DNA of 32,930 bases from Polymyxa betae A26-41 (taxonomy: Eukaryota > Protista > Endomyxa: Phytomyxea), in assembly GCA_003693705.1 (NCBI GenBank), contig RBZT01000446.1, positions 1 through 32,930 on the forward strand. Reading direction: 5' to 3'. The notes below the pieces were generated by a model. The model did not search any database. It saw nothing but the letters and a program-made list of their open reading frames with translations, and was not told the DNA's origin. Below, piece after piece: positions 21,525-32,100 of this stretch. The translations under genes were made by a program, and so were the position numbers. How positions within the stretch are numbered: position 1 is the first letter of the stretch; every line of letters starts with the position of its first letter.

Positions 21525-21919
21525 CGTCGATATTCATATCGGAGATCACGCAATCTATCGAATTCTGCTTCATCTAAACAATAACGAAAAAATAATTGAA
21601 TTTTCCGATTCTGTCGCCCGACAGTATATGACGAGCTCATTGTCCTCAGCAAATGCAATATTTTGCCAAGATCTGTCATTCTGCTGATGTGGAAACGGGA
21701 AGGAAGTTTTCTCAAGAAGTCGTTTTTGGGCTGCGTTTGATAACCAAATGATTACAGGACTATTGCAGCAGTTTAGTTGATTGGATCTGAAAGGTGCAGG
21801 AACAACCCGTGAGCGGATGGAAGAAACCCAGTCGTGTTGTTACGAATTTATTACGGCATGCAAATCCGTGTATATTATCATGATTACAGTTAATAAAGCT
21901 ACAGATGGAAAGCTTCGCA

Positions 21920-24404
21920 TCAGACTAAAGCCAACGAGTTGTGGTCAAAATCTACACTTCGTTTGAACCTCTCATAGCTGCATTCAACACGATCAGAAAC
22001 GTGAAATCCTCGATGGGCTCGCACGACCAACCTATCGATCTTCATGAGGTCGTAGATCTGATCCTGGGCCTGACAGAACAGCATCGGGACGTACTCCTCG
22101 CGGTCCGCCCGTGCTGTCCCATCCGGACCGAAACACGCACGAATCGACTGGAGCAGACTGCTGCTGAGGTTGATCTCAAACGGGGCCTGTACGGCGCATT
22201 CAGCAACTGTTAGCGAGTGCGGGCAGTAAACCCTAAACCCTAGGAAATGTCTGTCGTGGAAAAGCCGAGTAACATAGGATAAGTAACATTATGGTAACGT
22301 TACCTTGGTGGCGAGATGCAGTGAGAAGATGCGATTGATATCATCACGCAGAGCGATCAATTGGGTTGGCGTCGGCGCCCCTTTGAACCATTCTAACGAG
22401 CCCGATTCTAGACCGCTCTTTCCGGCGTCTTTCTGACGCCATCCACCGTATTGCTCTCGTAGCTGATTCACCTCCCAGTAATACCTCCAATTCTCTACCT
22501 GACACCTCATCAGCCTTGAAAAAATCTCAAACAAATTCAACAAAATTTTCGAATTTTTTTCATAAACTTTTTCGAGCGAGCGAGAAATGAAAGGGATGTT
22601 GTAGGGATACCGAGAACTCTTTGGTTAAGAAGCGAATAAAGCTGCCAGCAATGCCGGTATTTGTATCAAGCATCTTCCGGAGTCCGACATGGCGAACCAC
22701 GGTCCTCTCAGTAACGAGATCATCAGGTAGATCGCCATCTTGATCGAATCCATCATCACTGGATGTATGAACTCCACTAACTGTGAATGCGCTACGAGCT
22801 CCAGGAGCAGGAGCGATACGACGGATTTCCCGTGTGATGAATAGCAGAGGTTTCATTAGCGTCAACCAGAGACAATAGAATCCACATAGATTCACTGATA
22901 AAGGTAACCTAAACGTTATCAGTATCGTCGCATGTCGTAACATAATCGTTGACTTTCTGAGCCAAAAATAGTAACGAAATTATGTGAAGTTACCAAAAGC
23001 TTTAGATTGCCATCAACGCAAAGCTAGAAAAATGAAGTGTATTAAACACATCAGTGAGAAAAATTCTGCAAACTATCATGCCCATTAAAAAAAAACAAAA
23101 AAATTGTCCGATTTAATAAATAAAAAAAACTCAGGCCTAAATCACGAGTTTAGGCAAAAAAAGCATTATGTTTGAAGGAAACATTTAGAGGAAAAAAGCA
23201 TTATGTTTGAAGGAAACATTTAGAGGAAAAAAAGCATTATGTTTGAAGGAAACATTTAGAGGAAAAAAAGCATTATGTTTGAAGGAAACATTTAGAGGAA
23301 AAAAAGCATTATGTTTGAAGGAAACATTTAGAGGAAAAAAAAAGCATTATGTTTGAAGGAAACATTTAGAGGGAGAATGGCCATGACTTACATGATGGAA
23401 TAAGTTCGTACATGTTCAAGTTGTGGATTAAGAACTCGAACGCCCCAGATCGGCATGGCTCCGATTATGAAGGTCAACCCGATCCGGATCAATTCGGTGC
23501 GAATCGCGAACGCATCCACGATCAATCTCATATTGTACGATAGAGCAATTGCCAATATGGCGCAGATCACCAGCAGACCCCAAACGCCCCCAATCCACAC
23601 CTCCGGCGGCGTACAGATCGCAGCCGGCGCCGGATCGGCCGACCAGCGTCGGGTCAGCACGAACCAGGACGCGAGATGGGCGGACGCGGCCAGCATCAGG
23701 ACCAGGCGCATGCGGGGCGTACGGCCCCAGGCCGTGTTCCGAATCCACCAGTTCTCACTGGACTCTAAACTGGTTCTGCCTGCAGACAAATCGTCATTGT
23801 CTGTTAGATGGAAAAATCCAAACCCTAAAACCCTAGGATTCCAAGGACTATGAAACGATCCTTAATGAAACGAAACACATAACGAACACCGTGTCCATGA
23901 GAAATCAATTTTTTTCCTAAAAAAAATACTGGCGAAATTGGCAACTTCAAATAATCTCAATTTCCAACTTCCGAGTCGCCGAATAAATTTCATCAAAAAC
24001 AAAAATCGAATTTCACCTCGTGACGCCTCCTTGGGCAATACGGCGCCAGATTCCTGGGCGCAGAGCGCCTTCGATACATTCCAATGATGCAGCAGCAGCC
24101 AGCACCGGATCACGTGCACGTCCATGGTCAGCGGGGCCAGTACGGCGTTGGTGAACAGAATCTGGGCGCAGGGCGGGTACCGGCGCCAGCCGTCGTACCC
24201 GAAACTCATCATCATGACGGTCAGCAGGGTGGCGTTCAGCAACGTCCAGCCCGGATATCGGGCCCGGATCACGGGCCGGTACCGCAGCCGCCAGAACATC
24301 GGCGACAGTACGACCAGTAGGGCGACGTTGGCGATCATGACGACGGGTAACGCATGGTTCTGGATGTCGTAGACTATGTTCTCTGCGGTGTCCGCGACGG
24401 ACAT
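21920..24404 (-). CDS. Second 7TM-RGS protein, six exons, 493 aa by manual model
   Basis: Exons 24404-24017, 23779-23392, 22908-22611, 22498-22304, 22186-22032 and 21977-21920 (total 1482 nt). All introns are GT-AG and phase-compatible. Splicing rebuilds the RGS motifs FIRFLTKEFS|VENWRYYWEV, K|APFEINL and LFCQAQDQIYDLMKIDS|YERFKRS. N-terminal TM helices share motifs with the 3657-4997 gene (WRLRYRPVIRARYP vs WRRRHLEPIRSRRP; IVDAFAIR vs VEDAFGSK). Confidence 0.88.
23156..23372. repeat. Intronic minisatellite, 6 x (A6-9)GCATTATGTTTGAAGGAAACATTTAGAGG, period 35-38 bp
   Basis: Cores start at 23163, 23198, 23234, 23270, 23306 and 23344. Units are identical except for A-run length, with no unique spacers. 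Confidence 0.97.
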
Positions 24405-25275
24405 CGATGGCCCAGGCCGATGATGCAGAGGACGGATTGGACGAGGGCCGGGCCTCCTGTATCGGTTGTATCGTGGAATCGGATCAGTACGGTACCCGAC
24501 CCAGATCTATCATATACCACGAACATGTCAGGACGTGTTTGATCCGTTTCCAGAGATAGAACATTTGTTACAATTTTATTGAGGCTTCATATTTTTGAAA
24601 ATAAAATTCAATTGGACATTTTGATAAAATTGATAATCCTGGATCATTTCATGCATGAAATGGTGGGCACGCCAGAGCTCGTTTCCGATCGACCAGAATC
24701 CACAGAAGGAACTAGATGGGTTTCGAAGGAAATCGAATATCTGATAGGGTTGCTTTAATGATGCCAACGCTCATTTCATGACAGTAAAGAATTGCCAAAT
24801 TCAATCAGTCAAACAGAACCGAATCTTCTTGCTTGTTTTGCAAAAGTCTCATTCAACTATTGATGTAGAGATCTGATCCAGTTGCTATACTGTATCCTTC
24901 ACTGGTTGTGAAGATCTCCATTATTATATTTGTCCGCTTTATACGTCGGACCAATTCCGCAGGCACTCGCTCTCTCGTAGATGTCGTCGCCCTTTTCAAC
25001 AGATGCAAAAATGCTTGATCTGTAGCACCATAGTTTCCCTTTATAAATTCAAAACGACCCTGCTACGCGGGCGATCCCTCGCCCCGATAACTGCGCAAAT
25101 TCAGGCGACTCTATGTGGGTGACATCCCTCATTCCTTTATCATGTTATCAAGCCTCTCAAGGCTCTTGGGTTTTGGGGAGCTCTCTCTGTCTGCCGCCGG
25201 ATCAGATTCCGACTGCGGATTACAGTGACTGTGCGGTTTCCCTGTGCTTTTCGCCATCTGAATCAGGCTGCTTAG

Positions 25276-28200
25276 AAAATGGCCTTCGATTGGCCTTCTG
25301 CGCCACGGACAATTACAGATTGGCCTTCGATTGGCCTACGGCTGTTCAAATGGCCTTCGATTGGCCTTCTTCTCGCCACGGACTTTTGCAAATTGGCCTT
25401 CTATTAGCCCAAACCCTAACCCTAACGGCCTTCGATTTCCTTCTTCACAGAACGCTATTTTCCCTGTTCGCCTTCGTTTATCTTTTAGTTTCTTGATTAT
25501 GCTCAAGGATTGTTGTTATTTTGTGCTTCTTTTGAGCTGGACACTACTGATAGCCCCGTCTGGCGCAAACTGCTAATGTAAACATAAATGACTTGTACTC
25601 ATAAAAACATCAAGATATTTCGGCAGTAGGCTTTTTGATCGCTACAATTTTTCTGTCATTCAGATCATGAGAAACCCATCTAATCCTGCCGTTTCCATTG
25701 ACGGGTTTACCTACGTCTACAACAAAACTGGGTCAACCGGCTCAAAATTTAATCGTTGCATTATTGGTCGACTGATGAGACGAGATATGATTGACGTTCT
25801 CACGGTTGTTCCTGAAAATGAATCGAGACAATTGGTCTGAAATATCTGGAACACCAGCTTCAATTTTCAGAAGAAGACAGCACGAAAATGGAAACGTTTT
25901 GGGAATATTTTAAGCGGACATGGATGAACAAGTTCTCTCCAAGAGACTGGAATCTGAGCAGGATTCTGGATTGTAGTGAACAAATTGCAAACAGGACAAA
26001 CAATCCTCTTGAAAACTACAACCGCAGACTTAATGAACTCTTTCCTCACCCACATCCGAACCTCAAGATTTCGTCTTTAAACTCAGAGTTGAAACAGAGC
26101 AGAGATTTCAAGAATATCAGAATTGCCAATCGGGAGTATCGCAACCTCCTGCCCACGCCAGAATGACGTCTTATGATGATCTGAGCCTTCCATCAGCGTA
26201 CAGATCATTTCGAGCGACTTTGCTAAATGAGTCCAAAACAGAAAATGAAAATCACATGAGTGATGTTTCAAGTAAGCTAACAGACCCAAATGATAATGCA
26301 GCTGCAAAGGTTTTTCACAGCAGAGTTGCTAATCTTGCTGTAGGAAGGCCTTCAGTATCGCAAGAGTTTCCAGTTTTAAACACGGACAATCTCACTGAAA
26401 CTTTTGGTATGCACTCGATAGTCTGCGTAATAATCCATCATTGTAACAGGAAATCTACAACAAGATGCCGAATGGATATCTGGTGGACACGATCAGGTCC
26501 CGGAAGAAATCGAGCACACAGGAATGGTCCAGGCTGATGAGCCACCTGCTGAACAATCGATGGAAACCGATGGTATTGCATTTTTTTTCTTCCGAATTGT
26601 GCTTAATGCGTCTGTTTGTGTTCCATACTGTTTAAATATTCCATAATGCCTTTTGGTGATTTATACAAGGCTAAAAAGCTCGTTTTGTTCAACAATGATT
26701 TAATTAAAATAATATCCATTTGGTCTGATGTACAATTTTCGAAAAATGTTTGTGGGACTTCTGGTCACAGTCATGATTCAGAAATGGAGAAATTTTTGTA
26801 TGGTGAGCCAGAAGGCCGAAATGAAATCGGTGTGTCCAATCTTCATGAATCAGCAGACCTGTCTCCTGGAAATTGTACGTTTTCAATTTTCTTGGTCCCT
26901 GTTAACGAGATGGGGTTCTGAGCAAAGAGCTTTAACACTAACAGGACACAGGGGCAAGCATCCAAGCTACAAGCGGACAGGCTATCATGGTCAATAACTC
27001 TTCAGCTGGTATTCAATCGTCCGATGATGTGGGCAACCCACTACATTCAGACCGCGAAGGTTTGGAAATATCACAATATCACCATGTGTACGACTTGCTC
27101 TAGAGCGCTTAAACGCAATGCTGAGAGATTGCGAAGAACGCAGGAGATTAAGGCATTCTACAGTTGACACTGAACCCTCGATGTGGGAAACTCGTCCTGC
27201 TTGATCAGAATGGCTGACGGGTTCTCTCAGTTTGGAATTACGTGCTGGAAACAACATATTTTACTGGCGTCCAGGAACAGTAACAGGTGATGAAAGAAAC
27301 GCTCGGTATGCTGTAGTTTTGATGGAACTAACTACGGGGGACCCGCTAACGGCCGATGATTCAGTAATTGCTCTGAAATGAAATGCAAAAAGTTGACATT
27401 TCTCACTCCATTAGATACAGTTGCTTGATCCACCTAGGTCCGGAATGAAGCAAATCTCAACATTCAAGCTGATACCTTCGGAAATCGGTGGTACCGGTTT
27501 TCGTGCCTCCGATAGAGTACGGGAATCTGTGGAAGCTCATCTTGCGATGTTGAGGCAAGACCCTGAACTCGAGCCATTCGTTAACGAACCATTCGCAGAC
27601 AGACGAGTACGTGCTTGATATTGTCGAATGCAATCTCATATGAGTTTTCTGACTTGTATTTGGTCGTTCAGAGAGCCGTTACCGTTAATAAATCTCGGTT
27701 GCGGCAAAGTCGTAAACGAAAGCGTGCAGTGACAGTTCGCAGACCATCGTCGCGACGACGTGGACGGGTAGTGACTCGATATGAAATTCTGTTGTCGCCT
27801 AACCATTCTGAATGAATGTAGACGACGACCTACTATTTTGACTCTAGTTCAGAATAACACTGAAGCCCCAAACTTGTTTGTTTCTTTATATGTTATCTAA
27901 TACGTCTATGAATTTAATCAACTTACTGATACAGTGGCAATAAAACTGATGCTTACGATATTTGATATGAAGGAATATCAATACAAATCCACTCACAATT
28001 GAAATCCGACTGATATCAATGAAAAATTATTGTAACGACTTCAATTCACAGACCCAAATTTTAATAAGCCAGTTTATGGATAATACATTCCAAAATTTAA
28101 ACGAGTACCAATGCGTGTTGGGTGTAGAAGGCCTATCGTAGGACATTTGAGCAGCCATAGGCCAATAGGAGGCCAATTCGCAAAAGTCCGTGGCGAGAAG

Positions 28201-28311
28201 AAGGCCAATCGAAGGCCATTTGAACAGACGTAGGCCAATCGAAGGCCAATCTGTAATTGTCCGTGGCGCAGAAGACCAATCGAAGGCCATCGGCCAATCG
28301 AAGGCCATTTT
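25276..28311 (+). mobile_element. Mutator-like (MULE) DNA transposon, internally deleted, with about 135-bp TIRs made of GGCCTTCGATTGGCC sub-repeats
   Basis: 25276-25409 is a near-perfect reverse complement of about 28160-28311 (the right copy has one extra sub-repeat). Internal remnants: FLYWCH-like VSIDGFTYVYNKTGSTGSKFNRC (~25690-25760) and the MULE transposase C-terminal block FWEYFKRTWM...WN...NRTNNPLENYNRRLNELFPHPHPNL (25888-26065). The DDE core is largely missing and no TSD was seen. Confidence 0.85.
26700..27815 (+). pseudogene. Second, decayed gene carried inside the MULE (unknown function)
   Basis: Long protein-like reading with few stops: RLALERLNAMLRDCEERRRLRHST...LRAGNNIFYWRPGTVTGDERNARYAVVLMELTTGDPLTADDS, then LDPPRSGMKQISTFKLIPSEIGG...EAHLAMLRQDPELEPF. 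Confidence 0.4.
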
Positions 28312-28393
28312 ATATTTTCCCTTTGAATCATCTATCATGTCCAATTGAATTGATCCACAATTTTTGGAGGACTGACACAGCACAGGGTTCCAA

Positions 28394-29146
28394 GTGTATC
28401 AACGACATTATGGACTCCAGGATGACGCCGCCATCGCGGAACTGGAGTGGTATGGGCGACAGTTGATCAGGCACCGGATAGGAGCGATCCGTCAAGCGCA
28501 TCCATCAGCCGGATTCGATGAGATATGCAACCAGCGCGTCGTCTCTGCATCACCAGCTGGATTAATCCGAGCACGTTACCGAGATCTGCATCGTTGCCAG
28601 CAGCTGGAGACTGAGTCGGGATCTTCGTTTGTGAAGCGCTTCGAGAAAGCTGTGATGTTGTATCAGGAGTACGCCATTACGGACCCGGACCAACTGTATG
28701 AAACATTCATCGCTGCTCTGAACAAGAAGTACCTGGCTGAACTGCGGAGCGATATCTCGCTGCAAGGCTGCCTGACAGTGATTCATGATGCCTCTGCCCG
28801 ACTGCTGGAAGCCTATGCGACCGTCCGTCAGATACATGTCGATAAGGGCCAAGCTGAGCGCAGTTATGAGGCGATTACAAAAGCTCGTACTAGCCCCGTC
28901 AATGCCGTATCAACTACAGCCTCTACCACAAACTCGGCTGACTCCTGGAAGTGCAAGACATGCAAAACCAACGATCACGATTGAAGGACCTGCGAGAAGG
29001 CCCTAGCTCGATGTTACTGCAGTCGTTGTAAAGTGAGAGGCCATTCCAACAGTATCAACTGCCCGAAAGCCGAAGACAAGGCCCCGACCGTGGTTGAACC
29101 AAAGCCAGATTCAGCTGCGGCGCCCGCAGCTTCTGTCTCCCCTTAG
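28394..29146 (+). pseudogene. gag: gag with two zinc knuckles
   Basis: Capsid-like QLETESGSSFVKRFEK...FIAAL, then CKTCKTNDHD*RTC (CX2CX4HX4C, with TGA probably from TGG) and CSRCKVRGHSNSINC. The frame ends at TAG 29144-29146. Confidence 0.8.
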
Positions 29147-32100
29147 GGGGACGGGGCGTTGGTTCGCAAAACCGACGCCCAAACTACATGGGATCCTGGC
29201 GGTTCGCCCCTGTTGTGGCCGATATTCGCCATGGATTACCAGACGACATCAGAGCAGGAAGCAGTGCGGTTTGATATCCCTATTGCTAAAATTGAGGCAC
29301 GAGTGGCATCAAAGAAGTTCTATGTGCTCATCGATACCTGTTCATCTGTGAATTTGATCAGTCAAGCCGTACTCGAGCAGCTGCCGAGAGCCTGGAAGAG
29401 CCGATATGAAGCCAGGAGCGAGCTAAGCCAAAGCGTCCTCCTGACAGCCTTTGATGGCGACACCCGGGTAGCGCCTGATGGTCACGTCATGTTACCAGTT
29501 GTAATAGGAAATCTCCCGCCGACCGACATTCTGTTCCTGGTAACGAGAACGACTTCACACCCGATCTTGTTAGGCACGAATGCAATTAATCTTCTTCGAC
29601 TGGTGGTCGATAGAGCGAATGGGAAACTTCTGAGCTTGTCCACAGGTGAATCTATACCGCTTCTGAGTGAAACAGGGCAATACTCGCTGCCGACAAATCA
29701 ATGCCTCGACATACCGCTTTTTGTGATTGAATCTTCGATTATCGAGCCATGGACGGAGATGGTGGTTCCTGCGGCTGCGCCGATTGACTCGATGCTTGCC
29801 CATCTGCCGTCTGTTGCCGTCGAAATCGCCGCCCACCCTGAAGCTATATCCGCGGCGGGAATTTTCGCTGCCCGCGGCTTTGCCAACCTACAAAAACGTG
29901 CCGTGAATGTCGTCGTCAGCATCATGAGTGGGCGCGCAGTGACCTTGAATATGGAGGACCCCCTGTCTGTGTGGCCTCGATACTGCCATCCGATGCTGCC
30001 AAGCCGATCACTGTAGACGATGACGCGATGATTGCGGACACACGACTTGCACATTTGTCACCTCAGGAGTACGAATCTCACCTCGATGAAGTCCTAAAGG
30101 ACAGTAAATTGACCGAGATAGATTGAAACGATGAAGACCGTCGAAAAATCGCTACAATTCTTCGGGAAAACGCCGACTTGTTCGTTTCCTCTTTGGTTCC
30201 GCCTGGTTTAACCACAACATTAGAGCATCAACTTGAATTAGATGGTAATCCTGACCCATGTCGAGAGCCATTACGGAGAACGGGACCACAAAAGCAAGCC
30301 GCGGTGTCGGACAAGCTAAATCAACTGCTGCGGGATGGGATTGTCAAGGCGTCCAGAAGCCCTTGGGCAGCTGCGGTCGTGATCGCTCCAAAGAAAACTC
30401 CAGGGCAATGGCGATTTGCTGTCGATTACAGGAAGTTGAACGATGTGACCAAATTCGACGCATAACCAATGCCAAGAGTGGATTCCGCGACCGAACATCT
30501 GCAAGGCTCAACCTTCTTTTCATCCCTAGATCTCGCCAGTGGATTTCATCAGATTCCACTGTCGCCTCAATCTCGGGAGAAAACAGCTTTTCTGACCCAT
30601 GAAGGCCTGTTCGAGTTCACGCGCATGCCGTTCGGATTGAAATGTGCGCCTGCGACATTCCAACGGTTAATGGACATCGTGTTGGCGGGATTGAATTGGC
30701 GTACATGCCTCGTTTACCTGGATGACATCCTGATATTTACAGCCGGTAATTTTGACCGTCACGTGGAAGCCATACAGGAGGTGCTTGAACGTCTCAGGCA
30801 ACATGGGCTTCGTGTGCGAACGGCCAAATGTTCGTTCGCTCGATCTGAAATGACCTATTTGGGACACGTCGTCAACAGAACAGGTACCCGCCCTGACAGC
30901 TCGCTGGTCGACGCCATCGTCAACTTCCCGATGCCAAAGTCCATTGCCAACATCCGGTCCTTTATAGGATTATCAGGGTATTATCGGGTTTACATTGAGA
31001 ATTTTGCAACGATTGCAGCCCCTCTTACCGCATTATTACCCAAAGACACTCCCTTCGACTGGGGGCTAGATCAAGAACAATCATTTGAACGTCTGAAGCA
31101 GGCCTTGTCTTCGTATCCTGTTTTGCATTATGCCGATTTCAGCAAGGAATTATTTGTCAAGACGGATTTTTCTCACATTGCTATGGGAGCGGTTCTGAAG
31201 CAGATAGATGATGGCGGCAACGAATACCCGATAGCTTTCGTTTCTCGTCGTTGTCAGGGGAAGGAAGCTGCATATTCGGCCAGACGAGGTGAAGCAGTCG
31301 CCCTATGGTTTGCGGTCAAGAAATGGAGGCCATTCTTAGAGGGACAGCAGTTTACCGTGATTTCTGACCACCTGTCATTAGCGTTCCTTCGAAAACCGCA
31401 AGATGACATGAAACTACAGCGTATCGTTAATGAACTTGAACACTTTACATTTAAGGTTGTTTACCGACGAGGAAAAGATCATGTCGATGCTGACGCTGTA
31501 TCTCGTTGCCATCCCGATGATGCTGAAACACGATCGAGCAGGACATTGTTGACGACGACGAGCACTGTTTGATCATATTTTGAACATCAACAGCACAAGC
31601 AGCACCAACCTCATTGAAATTAGCCCGAAAACGATTGTTGAAGCGCAAGATGACGACATGGACGTGCAAGAAGTGGAAGACAGCTTCAAAGATGAAAACG
31701 GGGTCCTATGCCGCCGGAACCGAGGTGATCTGATCTAGATCCTGGTGCCCAAAAGCTTGCGAGGAAATTTCTTACAGTTGGCGAATTCCAAACAGACAGC
31801 GGGACATTTCGGCCAAGATCGCACATTGCAGCTCCTGAAGCGATTCGCATACTGGAAAGACATGAAGGAGGACGTGAAGAAATATTGTCAAGGATGCCTC
31901 GTTTGCCAACAGGCAAAGATCCGGAAACCCGACCGAGCCGGTAAAATGATCCTTCGTACACCTGCAATTCGTCCAGCTTGGTCTGAAATTCACGTGGATC
32001 ATTACGGGCCGCTCAACAGGACGGTAAACGGGAATTTCCGCTTTATTTGGACTGTTATTTGCGCATCTTCACGATCTGTACGTTTCATCCCAGTTAGAGA

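Noticed and set aside
23156-23372. CRISPR-like array of about 36-bp repeats
   Set aside because: The units are directly adjacent with no unique spacers, there are no cas genes, and it lies in a spliceosomal intron.
25113-25576. ORFs 25113-25496 and 25331-25576 and their mirror ORFs 28027-28383 and 28074-28331, with repeated AFDWP peptides
   Set aside because: They are translations of the MULE terminal inverted repeats.
29941-29970. Programmed -1 frameshift between protease and RT frames
   Set aside because: No canonical X XXY YYZ slippery heptamer was seen; more likely a 1-nt deletion in a decayed copy.
934-30465. Alternative genetic code (stop reassignment) to explain in-frame stops
   Set aside because: Interrupting stops are of all three types and coexist with frameshifts in decayed elements. 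TAA, TGA and TAG all end apparently genuine genes.
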